Below are positions 17,935-26,751 of a DNA stretch of 64,000 nucleotides, piece by piece. Both the position numbers and the translations under genes were made by a program. The DNA comes from a virus (Duplodnaviria > Heunggongvirae > Uroviricota > Caudoviricetes), in IMG/VR virus record IMGVR_UViG_3300011187_000002. One strand, given 5' to 3'. Position 1 is the stretch's first letter. Each line of letters begins with the position of its first letter. The notes beneath the pieces are model-generated. The model did not search any database. It was not told the DNA's origin and was given only the letters and a program-made list of their open reading frames with translations.

Positions 17935-18567
17935 TTAGATACGCTGGTCAATGACGATTTCTGCATGTACCGAATCCGGTACTACCTTCACGACACCCAT
18001 AGCAAGGGGTGTACCACCGCCACCGGGCGTGCTTGCCTCAAAGGCATTTGCAGCATCGGTGAGATTGGTCAGGTAACCGTTGACAGAGGCGTAAACCTTG
18101 TCTCCAGACTGCCAATCAAGGGGTACATTGCCGTTGGCGGTAGCCAGATCATACGTCTCATAGAGACGAAGACCGTAGGTGCCTTGGCCGGACAGGTACG
18201 GAGCCTGACCGGATGCCGGTGCCGGGGTGTTTTCGTATGCGTTGCCCGCCGCGTCGTTAATAAACAGACCGAGGGGGGTTACCGAACCACCAGCAGGTGC
18301 TGCGGATACGGGTCCACCGACCATGCCGTTACCAGCATCGGGTCGAGTGAAACATACGGAACCACCAAGTACACCGCGCTTGGGTGCAGTCGGTAGTGTG
18401 TCAGATTTAGTCGCGCCAGCCGTACCAGAATCGACGGGAGGGTTCGTCTGTGTGAACCCGTCAGTGGTAAGCTGTGCTGCGAACGAATTGCGGTTTCCTA
18501 CATACAGGATACGTAGGGCGCTGCTGCTTTCGGTGAAATCACCGCTCGCTTGTCCGGGAAGTGCCAT
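17935..18567 (-). CDS. Capsid decoration/minor head protein
   Basis: Directly upstream of MCP; PLGLFINDAAG, GDKVYASVNGYLT...MGVV pattern of head decoration proteins. Confidence 0.7.
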   Translation of the reverse strand: MALPGQASGDFTESSSALRILYVGNRNSFAAQLTTDGFTQTNPPVDSGTAGATKSDTLPTAPKRGVLGGSVCFTRPDAGNGMVGGPVSAAPAGGSVTPLGLFINDAAGNAYENTPAPASGQAPYLSGQGTYGLRLYETYDLATANGNVPLDWQSGDKVYASVNGYLTNLTDAANAFEASTPGGGGTPLAMGVVKVVPDSVHAEIVIDQRI

Positions 18568-18643
18568 TTTAGACCTCTCCTAACGTTAGTTGATTGCTAC
18601 GAACTTTATATCAGTGAAAGCGGACGTCGTGTCCGTGATCTTC

Positions 18644-20197
18644 TTAGTTTCCGAAGACCTTGGATACGTCGGGAGCACTATCCCACAGCTTCGACAAACC
18701 ATCGTCGCCCGTGGAAGAAGCCTCTTTCACCCGCCCGAGTTGTGATACTCCTTTACTACCTTTTGAAGCCTTTTTGCCCTGCTGTCCGTCTACCGAATAG
18801 TGACGGTTCATAAGGGCCTGAAGCGTAGCATCGTCCTCTTCGAGGAGAGCTTCTGCATCCAGATTGTCAAGGGAAGGCTCAAGATCAATACCGATCTCAG
18901 AAGCTTCGCTTGCACCTGCTCCGTGGTCCATGTCGTTAAGCATGGCGTCGAGATCTTCATCAAGCATCTCGTCGGCGGCGATATCATCGCCCATGTCCAT
19001 ACCCATGTCGCCACAAGCATCAGCATCCATGTCCTCATCGTCTTCGTCCTCTTCGGACCGACGCTGCATGTCACGGAGTGTTTGCTGTAGAACCGGGTTG
19101 GCTTGAAGATCGATGCCTGCTTCCGCCATTAGATCGGCGAGCATGGACTCCTTGTCGGCGTCCTCATCATCCTCATCGGCGTCCTCGTCGTCCGAAGCAT
19201 CCTTCGCTTCGTCTTCTTCGGCGTCGTCCTCATCTTCCTCGTCGTCTTCGGCAACCTTGGGCTGCTGTCCGAACATACGAGCAAGTTCTTGGGCGATCGC
19301 TTCGCGAACGCTGGACTCTTTGGACTCTTCTTCGTCCTCATCGTCCTCATCATCCGAAGCGTCCTTCGCTTCGTCTTCTTCATCATCATCCGAAGCATCC
19401 TTCGCTTCGTCTTCTTCCTCGTCCTCATCTTCTTCGGCAACTTTGGGCTGTCCGAAAAGTTTGGCGAGTTCTTCGGCGACCATCTGACGAACGCTGGCTT
19501 CTTTTCCTTCGCCTTCGTCGTCTTCATCGTCGTCGTCATCATCCGAGGCGTCTTTAGCCTCATCTTCGTCAGCATCCTCATCGTCCCCTTCTTCTTCGGC
19601 CATCATGACGCGAAGCATTTCATCGGGACTCAGGGAAGCTTCTTTATCCTCGCCACCTTCGTCGTCGCCTTCCTCGGCGTCTTCTTCAGCGATGCGTTCC
19701 AGTAGCTCAGAAAGCCGAAGGGAAGTTGCAACCACTGCGTCGTCGGGAAGAGGCATAAGGTCAAGGGCCTGCTCGGCGATCACATCGTCACCAGCTTGCG
19801 GAAGAATAGCCTGTGCGATACGAACGCACTGAAGGGCTTTCTTCTCGAAGTGACGCTGCATCTTGGCGAGACGAACCTTGGCCTCACGTCCGTCCAGCTT
19901 ATCGCCGGGACCAAACGTGTCGCCGTTGTCGTATGCATCACCGCTATTCCACGCATCCACGTCCTTATGGTCGTGTGTGGTGTCTAGCATGTCAGGCATA
20001 CCAAGTTCATTACGTTCTGTTCCGTCGAGATCCTCAAGATCATCAACGGGTTCCTCTGCCCATACTGCCGGATCGCCAATCATGTAGTCCTCTGTGGGTA
20101 CATGAGTACGATCTTGGTTCATTGTGTACGGATCGGCGTTCTTACGACGTTCCGCTTGACGGCGGCGGGCTTTCCACGAGAGTCGATCTCTACTCAT
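18644..20197 (-). CDS. Prohead scaffolding/core protein, highly acidic
   Basis: Lies between protease and capsid genes; D/E-rich repeats; C-terminal SKLWDSAPDVSKVF. Confidence 0.7.
   Translation of the reverse strand: MSRDRLSWKARRRQAERRKNADPYTMNQDRTHVPTEDYMIGDPAVWAEEPVDDLEDLDGTERNELGMPDMLDTTHDHKDVDAWNSGDAYDNGDTFGPGDKLDGREAKVRLAKMQRHFEKKALQCVRIAQAILPQAGDDVIAEQALDLMPLPDDAVVATSLRLSELLERIAEEDAEEGDDEGGEDKEASLSPDEMLRVMMAEEEGDDEDADEDEAKDASDDDDDDEDDEGEGKEASVRQMVAEELAKLFGQPKVAEEDEDEEEDEAKDASDDDEEDEAKDASDDEDDEDEEESKESSVREAIAQELARMFGQQPKVAEDDEEDEDDAEEDEAKDASDDEDADEDDEDADKESMLADLMAEAGIDLQANPVLQQTLRDMQRRSEEDEDDEDMDADACGDMGMDMGDDIAADEMLDEDLDAMLNDMDHGAGASEASEIGIDLEPSLDNLDAEALLEEDDATLQALMNRHYSVDGQQGKKASKGSKGVSQLGRVKEASSTGDDGLSKLWDSAPDVSKVFGN
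19170..19570 (-). repeat. Intragenic coding repeats in the scaffold gene
   Basis: TCCGAAGCATCCTTCGCTTCGTCTTC-type units (EAKDAS) and a duplicated module 19248-19320/19433-19501 (SVR..A.ELA..FGQPKVAE). Confidence 0.85.
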
Positions 20198-20342
20198 TGG
20201 GTAACCTCCAGAAAACTGATATCACGGTACCGTGCTTACGAATAATGCGAAGTACGAAGCCGGAGCCTTAACTTGAATTACGAAGCACTGCGCACCCCAC
20301 CTAGAGATGGGTATACTAAAGACGCTTCGTACAAATGAATAA
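20198..20342 (-). promoter_or_regulatory. Late-promoter-like motif plus structured 5' leader of the scaffold/capsid operon
   Basis: TTATTCATTTGTA (20330-42); TACGAAGC can pair with either of two GCTTCGTA copies; palindrome CACGGTACCGTG 20223-34. Confidence 0.5.
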
Positions 20343-20358
20343 CCGGAAAAAACTCGTA

Positions 20359-21879
20359 TTAGTTAAGAAATTTAGCCCTTTCGAGCAAAATTCCTGCTTC
20401 TCGGCGGTTTATCTTACGGCCAAGCGACCGTATACATGCCTTCAAAAACTGTCGAAGATCACCATAATTGCTGGCGCTTCCGACCTTTTGAAGACTCAGA
20501 TAAAACTCTGGGGGTAGGGATTCTCGTTTACCGTCTCGGTCGTGCAGGTACATTGCTGTTACAATGTCTGTATTCGCGAACCGGTGCTTGTGTTTGAAAA
20601 AGGTGTTTGGATCTTGAAGCATGTAAAGAATGCGGAACGCATTTTTGGTACGGCCACCCAACTCATTAGCGTACCTTTCCGCAAAAATCATATATGAATG
20701 GTGTACCGAATCGTTGGGTGCGCGTTCAGCTTCGGGCATTGCATTGGGTTCTTCTTGCTCGCGAAGCTCTTCTTTCAACTCTTTTTCAATACGCTTTTTG
20801 ATCTTTTCTTTCAGCTTGTCCGACACATCGTCGATCAAACCCACTTCTTCCTCGACCTCCTCTTCGACCTCTTCCTCTTCGAAGTCGTCAAACGCTTGAC
20901 GCTGAGCAAAGCTATTGAATGCCGACGATACGGCCTCGTTCACTTCGGTCCTGATCTGAGCGCTTGCGGTCTTTAGGAAATACTTGGTCCAATCCTCAGT
21001 GGGATTGACCGTGGATTTAGTGTGTGCCTCTTGGATCAAGCTCTGTAGCTTATCTTCTTCATACGGCGTCGGCTCTTTGGTCGACGGCTTGTTCAGATCA
21101 AGGATGTTGCGCATGACCGCCCCTTTGAATGCGGGGTTGCCTACCCAAGATGCCTCGATGAACTTAACAGACTCAGGGTCCGTGTGGTGGCCGCACAGTT
21201 CAGCGACAACGCGGATCTTACCTTCCGGGCCGATGAACTTGTTACCCTTCTCATACTTGACGTGGTGGCAAAGCTGTGGCTCGTCAATGGCTACGTTGCC
21301 GCACTTGGTGCAAGCCGAAAAAGCAATCGTGCATCCCATCGAAAGGGTGTTAAGCTCCCCCGATTCGATCTTAGCTACCAGATCCTTGTGCTTGCGGTCC
21401 GTAGCGACGAGAATGTCGACGTACACGCTGTCCCCGAGATCACGGGCAACGGCGTCGATAATTTTGCCCTTGCTTAGTTCCGGGATCTGGATATGCTCTA
21501 CATAGTTCTCGGCTCCCACAAACGTCTTGTATGTAGACAAGAGTAGTTTGCGCTCCCAAGCATCGCCGTTCTGGTTGATGTACTTGGAGCAGCCGGGCTT
21601 GATCAGATAGTCCGTATACGGTCTATTGATCGTATGCCCATCATCGGTCGTAACCTCACCCGTCTTGCTGTTAGGGGCCTCGTCAACGTCCACAGAGGCG
21701 ATAATAGTGCAGTGGGTAAGGAGGTACTTATCCGGGCTGTAGTTCTCGATCGAAATGGCAGATGTACGGCTACCAAAGTCAACCCCCGCAAGGAGCTTGC
21801 TTTGCCGATACGTGTTCCACCCCTCAAGTCCTACACGGGGCGACTGAACAACTGCGTTAGCGTATTTTACAAAAGCCAT
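20359..21879 (-). CDS. Prohead maturation protease (HK97/assemblin-like serine protease)
   Basis: NYVEH, TLSMGC, FIEASWVGNPAFKGA motifs, CxxC...C.H insert; upstream of scaffold. Confidence 0.75.
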   Translation of the reverse strand: MAFVKYANAVVQSPRVGLEGWNTYRQSKLLAGVDFGSRTSAISIENYSPDKYLLTHCTIIASVDVDEAPNSKTGEVTTDDGHTINRPYTDYLIKPGCSKYINQNGDAWERKLLLSTYKTFVGAENYVEHIQIPELSKGKIIDAVARDLGDSVYVDILVATDRKHKDLVAKIESGELNTLSMGCTIAFSACTKCGNVAIDEPQLCHHVKYEKGNKFIGPEGKIRVVAELCGHHTDPESVKFIEASWVGNPAFKGAVMRNILDLNKPSTKEPTPYEEDKLQSLIQEAHTKSTVNPTEDWTKYFLKTASAQIRTEVNEAVSSAFNSFAQRQAFDDFEEEEVEEEVEEEVGLIDDVSDKLKEKIKKRIEKELKEELREQEEPNAMPEAERAPNDSVHHSYMIFAERYANELGGRTKNAFRILYMLQDPNTFFKHKHRFANTDIVTAMYLHDRDGKRESLPPEFYLSLQKVGSASNYGDLRQFLKACIRSLGRKINRREAGILLERAKFLN

Positions 21880-21909
21880 TGGATCACCAATTTGGTTTAA
21901 GCCTGTCTA

Positions 21910-22272
21910 TTAGCGGCCTGTCTTATCAAGAAGATCGTAAAAAGCGCCTTTTAAGGCATTCTTGCGGATCCCCGCCAATTCCTCACCGCCACGTAGATTA
22001 TCAAAATGGATAGACATGGTTAGCGCATCGGGGGGATCTACATCTTCCTCCAACCGGACCTCTACCCATTTTGCATTAAGATCTTCGTGCGAAACACGAA
22101 CGTGATCCCAACCAACGCTTTGAATGTACCAGCCGTCCCTTTTCAAATCGGAGGCAAGTTTTTTATACGTCGAATGATCAACAGCGGCGAGCAGGTACCG
22201 GAGGTGCTTACGCAATTTCGGCTTAGATTTGCCCAACTTGACCAGTTGATCTTTCAGGTCCATAGTGGTCAC
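21910..22272 (-). CDS. Leader-motif protein
   Basis: MDLKDQLVKLGKSKPKLRKHLRYLL...KKLAS. Confidence 0.75.
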   Translation of the reverse strand: MTTMDLKDQLVKLGKSKPKLRKHLRYLLAAVDHSTYKKLASDLKRDGWYIQSVGWDHVRVSHEDLNAKWVEVRLEEDVDPPDALTMSIHFDNLRGGEELAGIRKNALKGAFYDLLDKTGR

Positions 22273-22685
22273 GTCATGAAATTGGAAAGCGAATCGTTGA
22301 TCTTGTCGAAAAGGTCTTCGAGCGACTCGTGTTGACCGGTTTCGAACTTAATAAACTGTGCGTCCTGAAAAGACGTCCCTGCATGAAGCGTCGTTTCGAT
22401 CTCGTAAGCACTGCCTCGATGAACAATGTCAAATTTTAGCCGCCACGTGAAATGGCTCCGACTGCCTTCGATGTACCCTAGATCCTTTTTCGTAATCGTA
22501 GTTTTATAGTCAAAGCTCTCGACGAAATTATCGGTCAATTCCTGCAGGAATTGGTTCCTGACGAAATCGAAAATCCGCACATCGAGCGTGCTAAGGTTGG
22601 TAGCTAGTTTAACTAGTGGTAGTAGGCGTGATCGTCTGGAAGGGCTTCTATAGGCCAGTCGGATGATACTGTCGCGTAAACTCAT
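22269..22685 (-). CDS. Leader-motif protein
   Basis: MSLRDSIIRLAYRSPSRRSRLLPLVKLAT. Confidence 0.7.
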   Translation of the reverse strand: MSLRDSIIRLAYRSPSRRSRLLPLVKLATNLSTLDVRIFDFVRNQFLQELTDNFVESFDYKTTITKKDLGYIEGSRSHFTWRLKFDIVHRGSAYEIETTLHAGTSFQDAQFIKFETGQHESLEDLFDKINDSLSNFMT

Positions 22686-22703
22686 CCGTCTGCCTCGCAA
22701 TCA

Positions 22704-23474
22704 TTATAGCCACTCGTTAAATGCTTTCGCCGGGTCCGATACACTAGGACTCCATCCAAGCTGTTCCTCCGCCTCTTCACGGGCTGCATCATCGAGCGAG
22801 TCGAGGATGTCCGCTGGCTTAATCAAGAACAGGCATTCCCGGCACGCATAGAGCTTCGTCCACTTTTTGTAGATCGTTTGCTCTAGCTCAACGCTCTTGC
22901 ACCGGGGACAATGAAAACATCCGGTATCCAACTCCTGTTGCGTAGGCACGTACTGGCGTCCTTTCTCTTTCCAGTACATTGCTTTACGAATTTGTTCAGG
23001 AGCTTCGAAAGCCGTCTTCACGGCATGTTTGATCTCGAAATCCGAAAACTCGCCCATATACCGCTTGTAAATCGTGTGGTACGTATCCATCTGCTCAATG
23101 CCTTGCTCACAAAAGTGATTGGCAGTGAGATAAAGGTGGGATACGCGCTGGCGGTAATGGCGGGCTAGGCTTTTAGCTAAGTCGTGTGAACACATGGCGG
23201 TTCTTTGATCTTGATCATCCATGAATTCTACCGGGTCATCGGGACCGTCTTCAGCACCCGGTGTTTCAGCCGGTGCCAACTCTTCGGGGGTGATACGTTC
23301 GTTACCCCACCCGAAATCTACATCGACAAACCCAATGCCTCGGTGGACTTTCGTCACTACGCCAACATGGGGGGATCTCCGCATCCGGTGCGGATCCACA
23401 TAATACACCCGGTCCCCAACTTCGAATCGGGTAGCCAGTTGCTGGTGGTCTATGAAAGATCGCTTACCGGTCAT
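22704..23474 (-). CDS. SH3/KOW-like plus zinc-ribbon head-associated protein
   Basis: RFEVGDRV; CPRC...CREC. Confidence 0.65.
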   Translation of the reverse strand: MTGKRSFIDHQQLATRFEVGDRVYYVDPHRMRRSPHVGVVTKVHRGIGFVDVDFGWGNERITPEELAPAETPGAEDGPDDPVEFMDDQDQRTAMCSHDLAKSLARHYRQRVSHLYLTANHFCEQGIEQMDTYHTIYKRYMGEFSDFEIKHAVKTAFEAPEQIRKAMYWKEKGRQYVPTQQELDTGCFHCPRCKSVELEQTIYKKWTKLYACRECLFLIKPADILDSLDDAAREEAEEQLGWSPSVSDPAKAFNEWL

Positions 23475-24126
23475 TGAGAAGTCCCTGTCGTCGTTGACGC
23501 CATCGACCAAAATCCTTATCCTTCAGGTGACGGAAAGGGGACATCGACTGGATGAACATGTCAGCAGCCGATAATGTCGAATCCCTTCCCCCGGAAGCCA
23601 TAAAGTTGATATCGTTGACCGTATCCGTCACAGATAGAGGGTTTCGAACATCCACTCGGTAACGCATTTTCGAAGACGAACTGCCCACATGATCTTTAAC
23701 CATCACATCAACAGCGAATTCGGACGCTACCCATTCTTCCGGGTCGGTCGAAAAGTATTCTGGCTTCCCGACCTTGACCGTTAGGCCATACGACCCAAGC
23801 TCTTTGCCGCCTCCTTCGAGGAAAACATAGAACTCACGTGCCGCTTTTCGCACATGCGTCAAGATACGTTCGTTCAGGGATACGAATTCGGCAAAAGCCT
23901 CATCGTACCTTTCCGTCCCGATCGCATCTTTCCACCGTGGATCACGAGTATCCGTAACCCAATCAACCTCCATACGCTCATTGATGAGCGTACCGACCAT
24001 TTTCGCCTCTTGTGTAGCAACGGACCCCAGCGCCTTAATGGCCAGCTTCCGAAGAAGCAGGCGCAAATGCGGGCGCAAATTAGGGTTCGCCGATCCAAGG
24101 CGAATAAGTCGGTCACGAAGGTTCAT
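23464..24126 (-). CDS. Leader-motif protein
   Basis: Start MNLRDRLIRLGSANPNLRPHLRLLLRKLA after AGGTGG. Confidence 0.75.
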   Translation of the reverse strand: MNLRDRLIRLGSANPNLRPHLRLLLRKLAIKALGSVATQEAKMVGTLINERMEVDWVTDTRDPRWKDAIGTERYDEAFAEFVSLNERILTHVRKAAREFYVFLEGGGKELGSYGLTVKVGKPEYFSTDPEEWVASEFAVDVMVKDHVGSSSSKMRYRVDVRNPLSVTDTVNDINFMASGGRDSTLSAADMFIQSMSPFRHLKDKDFGRWRQRRQGLLNDR

Positions 24127-24151
24127 GCTGGCCACCTGAAACAAAACGGAA

Positions 24152-24568
24152 TTACAGGTCGAGGTGCCAGTCGTCTTCGCCCGCTTCGGTGTACCAATCG
24201 TCTTCGTCACCGGCGTCGACTTCCCAATCTCCGTCATTCATCGGAGCGATCTGGTCGTCTTCCACGACTTGAGAATCGTCGTCATTCTCATACTCGTTCA
24301 TGTACTGCTCGTCCGGGTCGATTTTGACCGGCCCTTTCGGCGAGTTGAACGAGTCCATGTACTCTTCATCCGGCGCACGCTGAAGCGTCTTGGCACTACG
24401 CTCAACACCAGCAGCCTTTTCAAGACCGTCAGCCGTTTGATCCAGATACAGACAAAAGTCGTATGCAGCCTTTTTGGAAAGGCCCATCTGGTCGAAATTG
24501 CCTTGGACATGATTCGCGATCTTGTCAAGACGCTTTGTGAGGGCAATTGCCTCTTTCTTAGTCAGCAT
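24152..24568 (-). CDS. Hypothetical head-associated protein, acidic tail
   Basis: SD AAGGAG; LDKIANHVQ...LDQTADGLEK; late-promoter motif upstream. Confidence 0.7.
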   Translation of the reverse strand: MLTKKEAIALTKRLDKIANHVQGNFDQMGLSKKAAYDFCLYLDQTADGLEKAAGVERSAKTLQRAPDEEYMDSFNSPKGPVKIDPDEQYMNEYENDDDSQVVEDDQIAPMNDGDWEVDAGDEDDWYTEAGEDDWHLDL

Positions 24569-24632
24569 ATCAAATCTCCCTTGATCGGGGGGTTACTTAT
24601 GGTACAGTTGATCCACGCTATCAATCCGTAGG

Positions 24633-24645
24633 TATAAAAGGATTA
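24633..24645 (-). promoter_or_regulatory. Candidate late promoter TAATCCTTTTATA
   Basis: Best match to the recurrent motif; 65 nt upstream of the 24568 start. Confidence 0.55.
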
Positions 24646-26751
24646 GTGATCGCCTTTGCCTTCGATCCTAAGCAGGATATCGAGCAAGCGATCGTACTCA
24701 GGTGCCCCTACCGCACCGTTATACTTGTAATCAGACGCTGTATAGATGGAATAGTCGAGAGCCAAGCTGCACGCCATTCGAAAGTCTTTTTCTACAAGTT
24801 CGTGCGTTAGGTACGAATCCTTGAGCCAGACACGGGCCTCTTTGACGATCTCCATGTAATCGTCGAGGTCTAAATCCCGTCTGGATTTAGGCAAACGCCA
24901 CTTAGGTGCCTGCGGCTTGTACGGATCATCTTCCGCAAGTGGACCGGGCAATCCGCGATACTGAGCGGTCTTTAGCCCGGCCTTCTTGAATGCGGATGCG
25001 ATACCCGCCTGCACGGACCGCCCTTCCACGGCTGATTTCTTATTGGTGTCTTTTACCATGTCGTCCATCCAATCTAAGAACATGCCCCAGAAACTGCGGT
25101 GCTTCGTCTTCTTGTTGCCCTTACTTTCTTCGAGGCTGTGCCCCGAATTCTGCAAGTCTTTTATAGCCTGATCACGGTATGCGAGGAGTGAGCCTTTATT
25201 AAAGACGTTGTTATCCTCGTCATTATGGAACCGAAGCTGCTCGTAAAAGCCGCGCACCTTCAGATCCTCGTGCAAACTATCCATGAACTCGCTCTTCTCT
25301 CTATCAGTTATAGATACATTCTCGGGATCTTCCGACTCATCAAAACTGAAATACATCCGGTAAATAGGCTCATCCTTGACCAATCTAGCTATATCTGCCG
25401 ACCCCAGATTGCGGACCTTGCCCAAAAAATTGTTAATGTCTTCATCATCTGTGAAATCGTAAGAACCGGGATCCAAATCCTTGATAGCCTCACTTTCACT
25501 TTCATCCCGGACCGTCATCAAAAAGCGATCCGCGCTTGAGTTCTTATCGAACATCTTGCGGTCACGGACTTCTTGAAGGAGCCCTTGCATCTCCTTGAGA
25601 TAGACCTCTTTCTTCGACCCCTCTTCCACCGTGTCCGGTTCGCTGTGGTCGATCACCTTTTTATTGCCGTCGTTGTCTATCTGGACTTCAAGGTTTTTAC
25701 CGCCCCCACCCTCTTCCTGCGCTTCCCCATTTAGCTGGGCCTCTACCTTCTCAAGCATATCCTGCACGGAGTTCAGCGGCGAAAACATCGCCGACTGGTA
25801 CCAAGCATTACGCTTACGCTGCAGGCCCTTTTTGTCCGCATCCGTGAAAGGCTCATTCAGATCCTCTTCACCTTCCATAAGGTCTTCGGGACTTTCCGCA
25901 TCCCGAAGCGTTTTGCTTCGGATAGCTCCCGCAGAGTTTTCGTAAGTGTCCATCACCTCTTGAAAGTAATCCATCTCCCGGTCGTTCCCGGACATGTTGG
26001 CTTCCAACCAATTCTCTTTCAGGGACTTCATGTTCGTGTTGTAATCCATCAAGTCCCAGTTCTTGATCTGCTCCTTCAACTGTGATACTTGCTGGCCCGA
26101 TAGGGTGCCCTTGAAACTACTAGGTTCGGGGAAACCTGTGGGAAGTGGCTTTTTGCGCTCCTTGATAACCTTCAAGGCCGCCTCTTGTTCGGAGGGGTCA
26201 GAGCTTTCAGCAAGGTCGTACAGTTCATCTGTACCCGCCTCTTGCAACTCATCCATACGATCTTCAGAAACGCCGCTATCGTCCTGTGGTGGCCTCTTAG
26301 GCTTAGACTTGGGCTTGGTCTTCTTCTTTTTCTTCTTGGACTTACCCTCGTCGTCTTTTTTAGCCTTCTCCCACTTCTTGCGTTCCTGTTCGTATTTCTT
26401 GCGGCCCGGAGATCCCTCCGGTTTTTTCTGGAGTGACTTGAGCTTAACGTTGTCTTTGCCCTCCGAATTAGGGTTCTTGACCTCTGTGTTCAGGAACTCC
26501 TCTTCGGAAGCTGTTGCCACACGCGACGCATGTTCAGACGCAACCCACCGGGCAAGAATGACGGACCCTCCGATGTCCTTATAGTTCATCGAAAGGTCCT
26601 CATCCTTCTTGTCCAGATCAGGGTCGTCTTTTTTAATACGACCCCGCTCCTTATCCCGGCGTGGAGGCTTTTTCTTAGGTGACTTACGGACGAGGCGCTC
26701 TGCCTCTTCCTCCTCCTTTTCAGCCTCATCTTTTGTAGCGTGTTTTACCAT
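24643..26751 (-). CDS. Large charged head-associated protein
   Basis: 702 aa next to portal; KHAT...PKKKPPRRD N-terminus; SRVATAS and KTAQ motifs. Confidence 0.65.
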   Translation of the reverse strand: MVKHATKDEAEKEEEEAERLVRKSPKKKPPRRDKERGRIKKDDPDLDKKDEDLSMNYKDIGGSVILARWVASEHASRVATASEEEFLNTEVKNPNSEGKDNVKLKSLQKKPEGSPGRKKYEQERKKWEKAKKDDEGKSKKKKKKTKPKSKPKRPPQDDSGVSEDRMDELQEAGTDELYDLAESSDPSEQEAALKVIKERKKPLPTGFPEPSSFKGTLSGQQVSQLKEQIKNWDLMDYNTNMKSLKENWLEANMSGNDREMDYFQEVMDTYENSAGAIRSKTLRDAESPEDLMEGEEDLNEPFTDADKKGLQRKRNAWYQSAMFSPLNSVQDMLEKVEAQLNGEAQEEGGGGKNLEVQIDNDGNKKVIDHSEPDTVEEGSKKEVYLKEMQGLLQEVRDRKMFDKNSSADRFLMTVRDESESEAIKDLDPGSYDFTDDEDINNFLGKVRNLGSADIARLVKDEPIYRMYFSFDESEDPENVSITDREKSEFMDSLHEDLKVRGFYEQLRFHNDEDNNVFNKGSLLAYRDQAIKDLQNSGHSLEESKGNKKTKHRSFWGMFLDWMDDMVKDTNKKSAVEGRSVQAGIASAFKKAGLKTAQYRGLPGPLAEDDPYKPQAPKWRLPKSRRDLDLDDYMEIVKEARVWLKDSYLTHELVEKDFRMACSLALDYSIYTASDYKYNGAVGAPEYDRLLDILLRIEGKGDH

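Noticed and set aside
19170-19570. Repeats as a possible CRISPR array
   Set aside because: They are in-frame coding repeats of variable length with no unique spacers and no cas genes; the PD-(D/E)XK gene sits in a recombination cluster.
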